NCBI GenBank assembly: GCA_963522835.1
Contig: CAUQZB010000007.1
Location: forward strand, 23,926 to 87,925
Direction: 5' to 3'
DNA: 64,000 nucleotides
Origin: an uncultured Candidatus Saccharibacteria bacterium
GTDB lineage: Bacteria; Patescibacteriota; Saccharimonadia; Saccharimonadales; Saccharimonadaceae
Shown: in pieces, positions 18,443-27,151 of the stretch
How the letters are laid out: each line of letters starts with the position of its first letter
Position numbering within the stretch: the first letter of the stretch is position 1
The notes under the pieces: model-generated
Databases searched by the model: none
What the model saw: only the letters and a program-made list of their open reading frames with translations
Told to the model about the DNA's origin: nothing
Translations under genes and position numbers: made by a program

Positions 18443-18472
18443 AAAAACACCCACCGTAGTGATAGGTGGGTG
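18443..18472 (-). terminator. rho-independent terminator downstream of pyk
   Basis: Stem CACCCACC (18448-18455) pairs with GGTGGGTG (18465-18472). It is followed on the minus strand by TTTTT (18447-18443) and lies 25 nt after the pyk stop. Confidence 0.6.
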
Positions 18473-18496
18473 CTTCTATAGAGTGTTCTAGCGGGT

Positions 18497-19927
18497 CTAG
18501 CGCTCGAAGGTGCGGACGCTCAGCGTATCTGTCCCACCAGTTGCGCCAGGCTGGCGACCACTGATAATGACGGCAGTCACCGACTGTACATCACCAAAGG
18601 CACCTTGGCTGAGTAGCTCGCGCGTGAGGTCGCTCCCCAGCTGCTGGCTGTCGGGCCGGACGAAGCTACGCGTTGCATACGACAAGGCAAGCTGCTGCGC
18701 CACACGGGGGTCTGGTGCCACCGCAATAATTGGCAACTCCGGTCGACACGCAGCGATACGTGCTGCTGTCGCACCAGAATGCGTCTCGGCAACGATCACT
18801 GTTGCGTCAACCTTATGAGCCACCTCAACGGCAGCATGAGCAATCGCATTGAGTCGGCGGTTGGTGCGGCCCTCCTCGATGGGCATGTCATTCATCGGCC
18901 AGCGCGACTGAGTGTAGCGCACGGTGTCGGCCATCATTTTAACGGCCTCAACTGGATAGTCACCATTAGCCGTCTCGTCAGAAAGCATCACGACATCTGT
19001 CCCAAGGATAGCAGCAGTTGCAACGTCACTTACCTCAGCCCGGGTTGGCTCGGGGTTATCGACCATGCTGGCTAGCATCTGTGTCGCAACAATCGAGAGC
19101 TTGCCATACTTGCGGCAGAGGCGGATGATTTCGCGCTCGACGATTGGCACAATCTCTGGGCTCGTTTCGACCGCGAGGTCACCGCGAGCAACCATCACAC
19201 CATCAGCCGCCTTGACGATTTCCTTGAGTGTTTCTGGCTCGATAGCCGCCTTGGTCTCGACCTTGGCAATGATCTGTGCAGTCGAACCATGGCTCAGCAA
19301 AATCTGGCGTAGGTTGTTGATATCCTCCGCGCTCTGGATGAAGCTCAGCGCCACGAAGTCAATATCTTTATCTGCCCCAAACTCGACATCAGCCAAGTCC
19401 TTTGGCGTCAGAATGTCACCGCCAAAGTCGGTGTCTGGCAAGTTGAGCCCCTTGCGACTCATCAAGAAACCATCATTACTCAGGCGCACCTTGATGGCAG
19501 TGTCGCTGACGCGCTCGGTCATCTCACCGCGCAATTTGCCGTCGAAGAGATAGACAGGCTCGCCCACCTTAACCTTATCAGCAAGGTTATACTGGATAGG
19601 CAAACAGTTACTACCATCGTGCTCCTCCACCGCGTGGTCAAGGATGATTTCATCGCCTGCCGCAATATCGAAGTGGTTATCCTTGAGTACGCCGAGGCGA
19701 ATCTTTGGCCCTTGCAAGTCTTGCAAAATCGCGACGGTACGGCCAACAGTGGCACTTGCCTTGCGAATCCACGCAATCTGGTCAAGCCGCTCTTCGTACG
19801 AGCCGTGGCTAAAGTTGAGGCGAAAGCCATTGGCACCCGCCCGGATCAAAGCTTCTATTTTCTCTGGTGTGTTGGTAGCTGGCCCCAGAGTAGCCAGTAT
19901 CTTTGTACGTTTTGTAGAATTATTCAT
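18497..19927 (-). CDS. pyk: pyruvate kinase
   Basis: RTKILATLGPAT, GFRLNFSHGS and MVARGDLAVE are pyruvate kinase motifs. I placed the start at ATG 19927 (MNNSTKRTK...) because TATAAT (19942-19937) lies inside the longer ORF-track extension. Confidence 0.93.
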   Translation of the reverse strand: MNNSTKRTKILATLGPATNTPEKIEALIRAGANGFRLNFSHGSYEERLDQIAWIRKASATVGRTVAILQDLQGPKIRLGVLKDNHFDIAAGDEIILDHAVEEHDGSNCLPIQYNLADKVKVGEPVYLFDGKLRGEMTERVSDTAIKVRLSNDGFLMSRKGLNLPDTDFGGDILTPKDLADVEFGADKDIDFVALSFIQSAEDINNLRQILLSHGSTAQIIAKVETKAAIEPETLKEIVKAADGVMVARGDLAVETSPEIVPIVEREIIRLCRKYGKLSIVATQMLASMVDNPEPTRAEVSDVATAAILGTDVVMLSDETANGDYPVEAVKMMADTVRYTQSRWPMNDMPIEEGRTNRRLNAIAHAAVEVAHKVDATVIVAETHSGATAARIAACRPELPIIAVAPDPRVAQQLALSYATRSFVRPDSQQLGSDLTRELLSQGAFGDVQSVTAVIISGRQPGATGGTDTLSVRTFER

Positions 19928-20200
19928 TGCGTACATATTATAGCAGCATAATGCCAAATAGTGAAACACAAGCGGCATCACTTAGGTGAGTATACATATA
20001 CGATAAACCGAGTATTTTGGCCAATTTTACTCCTTTCATTACCCTTTCCAGAATACTGATAGCCACCCTTTATTATCCACTCCACATCAGAGATTAATAA
20101 ATGAATTGGGGCAGTTTCTTCTCCTGCACTATTTGAAGAAATAGTGCGAAAAGTAGGATAAGCAAAAAAGCGGAGGCTATGGCATTTACCTACCAATCAT

Positions 20201-20229
20201 TTGACAGCACCATGTAATCACAGTATGCT
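20201..20229 (+). promoter_or_regulatory. sigma70-like promoter TTGACA-17 nt-TATGCT
   Basis: TTGACA at 20201-20206 and TATGCT at 20224-20229. AAGGAG lies 9 nt upstream of ATG 20268. Confidence 0.45.
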
Positions 20230-20267
20230 AGGCTATAACATCATTTTACTATAAGGAGTCTAACACT

Positions 20268-20507
20268 ATGGCACCATCCCTCTTACATCTCGCATTGGCA
20301 CTCGACTGCTTTGGCGGTATTCTCTATCTCTTGTTTGCGCCGCGCATACCACGAGCTTTCTTGCCGTGGCTGACCGCAGGAATCGTCGTGCTTCATCTTG
20401 TGGCGGCTGGCATATTGTACTGGCTTGGGCAAGATGGTGAACTCCTCGTTCTACCTATGGCATTGTATGCTGTAGCACCAATTGTCCGGCGCTACCAGGG
20501 CAAGTAG
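20268..20507 (+). CDS. small hydrophobic membrane protein, hypothetical
   Basis: 79-codon ORF with its own promoter and RBS. About three hydrophobic helices. Confidence 0.5.
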   Translation: MAPSLLHLALALDCFGGILYLLFAPRIPRAFLPWLTAGIVVLHLVAAGILYWLGQDGELLVLPMALYAVAPIVRRYQGK

Positions 20508-20569
20508 GATTATCTATCTCTCTTGCAAAAGAGCCCCTCAGAGATACAACCACTAGTGTACATAGAGCA

Positions 20570-20596
20570 ATACCGCAGCGTCATCGGCTGCGGTAT
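20570..20596 (+). terminator. 10-bp GC-rich hairpin downstream of the small membrane-protein gene (weak terminator candidate)
   Basis: ATACCGCAGC (20570-20579) pairs with GCTGCGGTAT (20587-20596) around a 7-nt loop. No clear T-run follows, so the function is uncertain. Confidence 0.3.
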
Positions 20597-20634
20597 CTTG
20601 CTAGCGAAAAAGGAAATAGCGCTAAGCTTTGCTT

Positions 20635-20857
20635 AGAATAAAGCGTTTTCTCTACGAGAGAAACGCAAACATAATGGCTCGCTCATGAGCAAAAGAGGAG
20701 GAATGATCACCCATCGCGCCTATCCACCCTGGTGGAGACCTCTGGCAAATTCATTGCCAACTGGCGATAGCGCCCACGGCTGATCGCTGCACCAGTAGCC
20801 TAACCCATAGCTACCTCTGTGCTAACATGTGTTCGAAGTACCTTATCAGTACCCCCT
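20635..20857 (-). ncRNA. candidate small RNA (promoter plus terminator, no credible ORF)
   Basis: The transcript is bounded by the promoter TTGCTA-17-TACACT (20891-20863) and a minus-strand hairpin (GCGTTTCTC/GAGAAAACGC, 20666-20643) followed by TTTATTCT. Several internal hairpins. The family is not recognised. Confidence 0.3.
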
Positions 20858-20862
20858 ACGAC

Positions 20863-20891
20863 AGTGTAGCACTATATCGAACAATTAGCAA
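20863..20891 (-). promoter_or_regulatory. candidate promoter TTGCTA-17 nt-TACACT
   Basis: On the minus strand the -35 is at 20891-20886 and the -10 at 20868-20863. It uses the same TACACT -10 hexamer as the promoters at 62601 and 18192. Confidence 0.4.
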
Positions 20892-20972
20892 ACGTTTGTT
20901 TCATTTTTTGGGATTTTTGTTCGGAATTTTATACTAACCAGTTTAACCATTCCTCGTATGACTATGGCATTC

Positions 20973-21923
20973 TTAACTACCTGACTTAATGCCAGTATAA
21001 TTCTGGACAACTCGAGCAATACTATCTGCGTCGCTCGAATCTTTGAAATTATGATCCTGTACTGGTTGCACTAAAAGATCCATTACTTTATCTACCATAG
21101 CTTGGTACAAAGCTTGGTCTCTATCTTTAACGGACATATAGCCGGCAAGCATCTTCGCATTAACCAGTTTGTGCTTATACTGGTTCCGTAGACTTGCATA
21201 TACGCGATAGTTCTTCTGTGCAAAGTGATAGTTTGCATACAAAATCGCACCTATAGATAGCTTGAATGAGAGGATTGTAATGCTATTCTTTGTATATAGA
21301 TCTCCTGCGAATACCATCAGAAGCCCCATTACTACAACCATTATCAATATATACGCAGCAAGGCAATAGAGGGCCTGTTTCCGCTTACGATACCAGAAAT
21401 GGATATTTTCTTGCAATTGGCTCTCATCTTTTCCTGGCTTGCACCAAGGCCATTTGAGCCAAATTCCAGACGAAGTCTCTTCCTCATAAAGATTCACTTG
21501 TTTTTGAAATTCTTTCGCGATAACACTTGTTACTGCTTGCTCTATGTTTTTGCTTGCAACATTCACCGCTGTTTCTAGTTTACGTGTATAATTGTCTATG
21601 TCAGTTTTTTGTTTTTCAAGATTTTTAAACGCAGCCTTCCTTGCTGCTGCGCTGCTCAGAAACTGAACCACATCATTGTTTATTAGTAAAGCTTCAATAG
21701 CTGTATCTCGTAGAGTCTGGTTCATTAGTCCGTCTATATGATACCCTACATCATAAGGACTATTACTTTTTATTATATTTTGATAGTTACCATCATTTTC
21801 AATTTTCTGTTTTTGATCGCTTGTACCAACAAGATTAACAATATTGATATATTTGTTATATGTGTCAATCTTCTCGTGAATTCCTTTGTCGTAGTCTTCT
21901 CGTTTGAGTGTTTTTAGTTGCAT
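20973..21923 (-). CDS. hypothetical coiled-coil protein with a central 2-TM hairpin (AT-rich orphan gene)
   Basis: 316-codon ORF that is K/N/I-rich and visibly much more AT-rich than the flanks. It has a predicted helical N-terminal half, then LYCLAAYILIMVVVMGLLMVFAG and ITILSFKLSIGAILYANY. No catalytic motif. Confidence 0.65.
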   Translation of the reverse strand: MQLKTLKREDYDKGIHEKIDTYNKYINIVNLVGTSDQKQKIENDGNYQNIIKSNSPYDVGYHIDGLMNQTLRDTAIEALLINNDVVQFLSSAAARKAAFKNLEKQKTDIDNYTRKLETAVNVASKNIEQAVTSVIAKEFQKQVNLYEEETSSGIWLKWPWCKPGKDESQLQENIHFWYRKRKQALYCLAAYILIMVVVMGLLMVFAGDLYTKNSITILSFKLSIGAILYANYHFAQKNYRVYASLRNQYKHKLVNAKMLAGYMSVKDRDQALYQAMVDKVMDLLVQPVQDHNFKDSSDADSIARVVQNYTGIKSGS

Positions 21924-22009
21924 AGAGTTATTTTACCGTTTCGTTGTTGTTATTTGTTAGCTATTTTAAATGAAATAAGTTTTAAAATTCAGTTATATAA
22001 CCTCTTATT

Positions 22010-22459
22010 TTATTCGTGTCGTCGGCGCATCATCCATGTGCACAGCCCTATTCCCACCAGTGCCGCTATGCTATCGATCATGACATCGCGCAGTTCACCA
22101 CTGCGCCCTGGTATGAAGAGTTGATGGATCTCGTCTGTCACTGCATAGAGACTGCAGCTGAGCAAGGCAAAGCTCGCCACAGTGTGCGTTCGCCAGCGGC
22201 GGATAGTGATGCGCAGTGCACGATACATCAATATACCAAGGATAAAATAAGCAATAATATGAGCACTCTTGCGCACAAGAAACGTCAAGATAGCCGTACT
22301 TACCCCTGGCATAGCCTGCTGCAAATGCCCAACAATCACCCCACTCTGCCCGCTAGAGACAGTGGCGGGCTGGTGAGAGAGAGTGAAGATAACTAAGGCC
22401 CAGCCACAAACAATTACGTAATTACGTATGATAGCTGTTTTTTGTTTTGTATTTGTCAT
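22010..22459 (-). CDS. VanZ-family membrane protein
   Basis: Four TM helices and the VanZ-like signature ...AVTDEIHQLFIPGRSGELRDVMIDSIAALVGIG. Confidence 0.75.
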   Translation of the reverse strand: MTNTKQKTAIIRNYVIVCGWALVIFTLSHQPATVSSGQSGVIVGHLQQAMPGVSTAILTFLVRKSAHIIAYFILGILMYRALRITIRRWRTHTVASFALLSCSLYAVTDEIHQLFIPGRSGELRDVMIDSIAALVGIGLCTWMMRRRHE

Positions 22460-22469
22460 ATAGCATATA

Positions 22470-23894
22470 TTATTTATGGTGAGGCATTTTGTCTAGGTAT
22501 TTTTTGAAGGGTATCTTGGCAAAGAGATCCTTCATCAAGATAATACCTACTGCCATAATCACTATACAGGCTATGATAGAAATAATTTTCGGCACATGAG
22601 TATAGTAGATAATACCCCCGGCAATCAGCACAGCACCAGAGCATATGACGCTTTGCGCACGATAGCACACCTTAACATACCGCTGGACATGAATATGCCG
22701 TATTACCGCCATACAGGCAAAGGCAACGGCAGTCGAGAGTGCCGAAGCATACACACCAATAACACCTACCAAAGCAAGGTTGACAACGATGTTAATTACT
22801 GCGGCCGCAAGGGAGCTATTGGCAACCTCTTTTGTCTTTTTCTTAGCAATGTATATCGCAGAGTAGTTGCCAAGGATCGCCTGGAAGAACGCCCCTATCG
22901 CCAAGATAGGTATTAAACCATGCGCATTTGCATACTCCGCACCGACAATTCGTGAATAGCATATATCTATCACCAATACATATACCACTGTTGCAAATGA
23001 GTATAGCCGCAAGCACATGTCGGACACCTTCGAAAAGAATGCATCTCTATCTCGCGAGGTAATATGAATCGAGGCAGATTCGCTCCAGCTCATACTAAAT
23101 ATGCCAAATAGTATACTCGGGACAAATGCAAATTTATTCGCAATCGCATACATGCCATTTGCCGCTGCACCAATAAACATCGAAATAATAGTCCTATCTG
23201 AGACATTGAGCACCCACCATGCAATATTATTCGGCAAAAGTGGAATAGCATACCGCAGCATATCCGAACGCAACGATTGGTGTGTCTCGCCGTGCAGCAG
23301 GCGAATCTGTTTCTTGCGCCGAATAACCACCAATAGATAGCCTATGCCTACCAAATTCGCGAGCACTAACGATATCATCAAACTAAAGGCAGGTAGTCGC
23401 ATAACCGCAACAAAGACAAAGGAGCATAGTGTACTCACGACACCAATGAGTATGCTCGCGATAGAAAAATGCTTTGCATCACCAACTCCTCGCGTAAATT
23501 GTAGTAGCACCGCAGATACGATAGAGAGAACAATATTGAGACACACAAGAATCAAGTATGGGATAGTAACAAACAGCGACCCAATCACCAACAAAGCGAT
23601 GGCCACCCCTGTGATAGGCAGCACTATCTTGAATATCGTTGATAGAATGCTACTAAGTCTGTCCGCATCGTTGCGCGAATCGATCGCAAACCGAAATGCT
23701 GCAAACTCCAGCTGCACCGATAATATTGGCGCAAACAGAGCAATATACGTCAAGATAAGGTCGACCTGCCCATAGTCACTTGCGGACAGATAAAATGTAT
23801 ACAAAGGGACGAGCAAGAACGCAACGGCCTGCGTCGTGATCTTGCTAATCGTGAGGAGAGCGGTGTTTTTTATGAGCTCGGTAGATCTACTCAT
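22470..23894 (-). CDS. wzx: polysaccharide/oligosaccharide flippase (Wzx, MOP superfamily)
   Basis: 474 aa with about 12-14 TM helices and an N-terminal IKNTALLTISKITTQAVAFLLVPLYT typical of polysaccharide biosynthesis flippases. Embedded in a glycan locus. Confidence 0.8.
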   Translation of the reverse strand: MSRSTELIKNTALLTISKITTQAVAFLLVPLYTFYLSASDYGQVDLILTYIALFAPILSVQLEFAAFRFAIDSRNDADRLSSILSTIFKIVLPITGVAIALLVIGSLFVTIPYLILVCLNIVLSIVSAVLLQFTRGVGDAKHFSIASILIGVVSTLCSFVFVAVMRLPAFSLMISLVLANLVGIGYLLVVIRRKKQIRLLHGETHQSLRSDMLRYAIPLLPNNIAWWVLNVSDRTIISMFIGAAANGMYAIANKFAFVPSILFGIFSMSWSESASIHITSRDRDAFFSKVSDMCLRLYSFATVVYVLVIDICYSRIVGAEYANAHGLIPILAIGAFFQAILGNYSAIYIAKKKTKEVANSSLAAAVINIVVNLALVGVIGVYASALSTAVAFACMAVIRHIHVQRYVKVCYRAQSVICSGAVLIAGGIIYYTHVPKIISIIACIVIMAVGIILMKDLFAKIPFKKYLDKMPHHK

Positions 23895-25027
23895 ACGCTT
23901 TTTACCGCCTTGTCAAGAAATGCAAATGATTGCAGACGCCTCTTGGCAAGGTTTTTTTCGTAGGCTGTATAATCAATGGCGGAGCGCATATCCTTTTCCG
24001 TGTCATCTTCTGCCAGAAGCCGATCTGACAATGCAAGGCTATCCACGAGCGAAAGAATCCGATCGTCTTTGTCATAATTCATCCCTTTATTGTACAAGAT
24101 CCAGAAATTCTTTCTATACTGGGCACAAAATATCACACCATGGAAAGACGCCGTAAATACATATTTGGCATGACGTATGTACCACAGGTATTTCCCTGGG
24201 TTCTCATCTTTTGGTAGGATATAACCCTTTGCTGCCCCTTTCATTTTGAGCCAGGTATCAGGTTGCCATATAACGATCTTGAGCCCCTCTTCTCGAGCGA
24301 GTTGCTGTATCCGTTGTTCAAACTTACGCGATACACTCACTGCATAAATAAAGATATAATCCTTCTTGATATGCTCTGTGGGCGACTCCTCTCCATCGCG
24401 ATAATCGCCCCCATCAATGAGCAGCGTTGGATCGAGCACCACAGTGCTCTTGATTGCAAAATCTTCGGCTAGCCATTTTTGGCCATTTGGCTCTCTGACC
24501 GAAATGTAGCTGAAGTCCTGTATCATATCACGAATTATTTCAGGATGATTAGTGTTGCTACTTACTCGTCGTGCACCAAATGAGGCCGCGTATGATATCT
24601 TTGGCTTCTTTTTTTCAACAAAATTCAAGAAATAGGCAGGATCATAATCGTCAATCATTATATTCCACACCTGGTCACTCCCTGCAATGTACGCATCATA
24701 CGCAAAGTGAGCCTCTTGCAATTCTTTGTTGGTAGTAAATGTGCGGCTAGATAGCCTCAGATGCTTCTTGATATACCTATCGTAGCTCGCCTGATTCTTC
24801 TTGAGCCGGTTGTATATACATGCCCGCCCGACATTACGCAGCATACCCTTTGCACTGTTGTCTCCACTAAAGACCGAGTAGAGTTTTCGCTGGCCAGGGC
24901 TTGAGAAGTCAATAAATTCGGGCGCAATGCCGTACCGCGTCTGCAAGACTTTTTGCAGTGCGTATGCTTGCATAATAGACCCACAATTATGCGAACGATG
25001 AAAGGTGATGATGCCGACTTTTTTCAT
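23891..25027 (-). CDS. polysaccharide pyruvyl transferase family protein
   Basis: The N-terminus MKKVGIITFHRSHNCGSIMQAYALQKVL and GSDQVWN are characteristic of the PS_pyruv_trans (CsaB/WcaK-like) family. Confidence 0.85.
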   Translation of the reverse strand: MKKVGIITFHRSHNCGSIMQAYALQKVLQTRYGIAPEFIDFSSPGQRKLYSVFSGDNSAKGMLRNVGRACIYNRLKKNQASYDRYIKKHLRLSSRTFTTNKELQEAHFAYDAYIAGSDQVWNIMIDDYDPAYFLNFVEKKKPKISYAASFGARRVSSNTNHPEIIRDMIQDFSYISVREPNGQKWLAEDFAIKSTVVLDPTLLIDGGDYRDGEESPTEHIKKDYIFIYAVSVSRKFEQRIQQLAREEGLKIVIWQPDTWLKMKGAAKGYILPKDENPGKYLWYIRHAKYVFTASFHGVIFCAQYRKNFWILYNKGMNYDKDDRILSLVDSLALSDRLLAEDDTEKDMRSAIDYTAYEKNLAKRRLQSFAFLDKAVKSV

Positions 25028-25044
25028 AAGAATATCCTCGTCTT

Positions 25045-26040
25045 TTAGATTTTTATCAATTTTCTAATTGCAATGAATCCAAGGTTGGCGCCAAGACAAA
25101 TAATCAGTGCCGCCCGTATTCGACCACTGTACTTGACGTCTCTGCTCAGTAGTGTACCCCACTTGAGCCGCCGAACGGTACGTTTGATTTCGTCAAATTC
25201 TCTTGGGAATTTTTTGCGGCTTGCATACATCAATGCACCGTATGATGCCGAGGCGACAAATAGGTTATTGTCCATTGCCTGGACGAGTTTCTTTGGTGGA
25301 TTGTGGAGTGCTCTGCCTGTCTTTTGCATATTCTCAATCGCTTGGTAGTGCCGAATGTTAAATTCCTGATGCACGGCGCTTGTCGGGTTAGCCCGATAGT
25401 AATAGAGCTTGCGATTGTCAACCGCGATGCAGCGCGCCGATATAATCGCACGGGCCAAGAAATCAAAATCCTCTCCTATCGCCATCTGAGAATCAAACCG
25501 GATACTATTACTCGTAATAATCTCAGTTTTATACAATTGGCAGCCATTATTGCCCTTCTCGAGCCGTCCATTATATAGCGCGGTCAATGCCTCGGTGCGC
25601 GTAAAGACCGACGCCGACGCAGCAACTGGGATAGTCGCGTCCAAGAAGTTCTGCCGCTCTGCATTGCCAAGCAGGTGCTTTGGTGTGCTCACTATGTCAG
25701 CATCCGTCGCCTGTGCATCAGCCAAGAGATTCTCAATATACGTTGGGTGGATTGAGTCATCTGCATCAACGAAGGTAACGTAACTCCCCTGCATTCGCTC
25801 AATGCCTTCGTTGCGGGCCGAGCTCACCCCACCATTTGGCTTATCAACAACGACAATCCTCTGGTCTTTCTGGGCAAGATCATGAGCAATATCAAGCGAT
25901 CTATCTGATGAGCCATCATTGACGATGATAATCTCGAGCGCCCGATGCGTTTGGGCAATAATACTCTCGATGCACTGACTGAGGTATTGTTCCATATTAT
26001 AGACAGGTACGACAATACTAACGAGTGTTTTGCTGCTCAT
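25045..26040 (-). CDS. family 2 glycosyltransferase
   Basis: VSIVVPVYNMEQYLSQCIESI...IIVNDGSSD...FVDADD is a GT2 signature. I placed the start at ATG 26040 (MSSKTLVS...). The longer ORF-track version overlaps the upstream gene. Confidence 0.85.
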   Translation of the reverse strand: MSSKTLVSIVVPVYNMEQYLSQCIESIIAQTHRALEIIIVNDGSSDRSLDIAHDLAQKDQRIVVVDKPNGGVSSARNEGIERMQGSYVTFVDADDSIHPTYIENLLADAQATDADIVSTPKHLLGNAERQNFLDATIPVAASASVFTRTEALTALYNGRLEKGNNGCQLYKTEIITSNSIRFDSQMAIGEDFDFLARAIISARCIAVDNRKLYYYRANPTSAVHQEFNIRHYQAIENMQKTGRALHNPPKKLVQAMDNNLFVASASYGALMYASRKKFPREFDEIKRTVRRLKWGTLLSRDVKYSGRIRAALIICLGANLGFIAIRKLIKI

Positions 26041-27145
26041 ACAAAGCTCCTTTCTGAAACAGTGAGACCATGAGAATCGGCAAGATGAAGTTCTTTGCTG
26101 CAATATCGAAGAAGGCTTCTGCAAATCCATACAGGATGATGAATAAGAATAGAATATACATCTTCGTCGAGCGTTCTCGCCGCATCCCCCACCAAAAGAC
26201 GAAGGCAAATATGATAAAGCCAACAATTCCATAGCGGGCATATATATACACCGGGAAGTTATCGACCGGAGGCGTCCCGTACTGGGCTTTATTGTACACC
26301 TCGTCCGATCCAAATACCGATGGAGTGTATTCTGATTGCAGGTATTGGTCGATCAATTTAGGCCTGCCAGACATAACCCTATTTGCTAGATCATTATCGA
26401 CGAGCACTGCCGCCCCTATGCACGACACAAGAAGGCCGATCACAAACAAATACGGTGCTACGGTGTTTTTCTTGCGCTCACCATGCTTGTGGAGTAGCAG
26501 TCTATAGGCTGGAATGAAGGCAAGGCTCAGCAAGAAGCCCGTGCGACTACCAGTCAGAATACCAACAGCGATACAAGCAATCAGAGCGATACCCGTAAAC
26601 ACCCGGCGAGTGCCATAGAGATACATACCGCTGAGTAGTATTGGGAAGAATGATAGCGATGCTTGGTTTGGCCCATCAAACCCAAGCGAATATTTTGCAA
26701 GTCCATATCGCTGCGATTCATTACCATCAAACCCAACATACACCATCGGCAGCACACCTAAGAGTGCCAAAATAACCACCAGCAGATAAAACCCTACTGA
26801 GGTATAGAAAAATATCTTGATAAACTCATCCCGCTTGAGGATCAAAAGCGTGCTCGAAGTTAGTGCGAGCCATGCAACATTTGGCCACTGGAAAATAACT
26901 GATATCCCAAGCACCGCAATATAAAAGAGCAGGTATTTACAATGCCACCTAGTAAGCTTGTTTGTTATGGCAAAATCTACCAGAATAATCCCCGATAGAA
27001 CAATGCCAATTATAAGCACTAGAGGCAGCCACGCCGTCAACTGTGGTGATACCACGTAGAGGTAATAGTACGTGATCATCACAAACACGAGCGTGGTCGC
27101 GAGTATCTTTTTTGGATTTATATGTAGCTTTTGTGGTGTTCTCAT
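26018..27145 (-). CDS. polytopic membrane protein, candidate O-antigen/EPS polymerase (Wzy/EpsG-like)
   Basis: 375 aa with about 10 TM helices and no soluble domain. It sits between glycosyltransferases in a locus that also has Wzx and Wzz. The assignment rests on context. Confidence 0.55.
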   Translation of the reverse strand: MRTPQKLHINPKKILATTLVFVMITYYYLYVVSPQLTAWLPLVLIIGIVLSGIILVDFAITNKLTRWHCKYLLFYIAVLGISVIFQWPNVAWLALTSSTLLILKRDEFIKIFFYTSVGFYLLVVILALLGVLPMVYVGFDGNESQRYGLAKYSLGFDGPNQASLSFFPILLSGMYLYGTRRVFTGIALIACIAVGILTGSRTGFLLSLAFIPAYRLLLHKHGERKKNTVAPYLFVIGLLVSCIGAAVLVDNDLANRVMSGRPKLIDQYLQSEYTPSVFGSDEVYNKAQYGTPPVDNFPVYIYARYGIVGFIIFAFVFWWGMRRERSTKMYILFLFIILYGFAEAFFDIAAKNFILPILMVSLFQKGALYEQQNTR

Positions 27146-27151
27146 ACGTCT

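Noticed and set aside
18235-18444. A 69-codon + strand ORF between the acidic-protein promoter and the pyk terminator.
   Set aside because: It has no RBS or promoter, gives a hydrophobic/Cys-rich translation and runs into the pyk terminator hairpin. It is probably non-coding spacer.
19961-19968. A parS-like half site GTGAAACA.
   Set aside because: The left half of the 16-bp parS palindrome is absent, so only 8 of 16 positions match.
26041-26313. The N-terminal 91-codon extension of the GT2 ORF.
   Set aside because: It overlaps the 3' part of the Wzy-like gene in another frame. The GT2 similarity starts at MSSKTLVSIVVPVYN.
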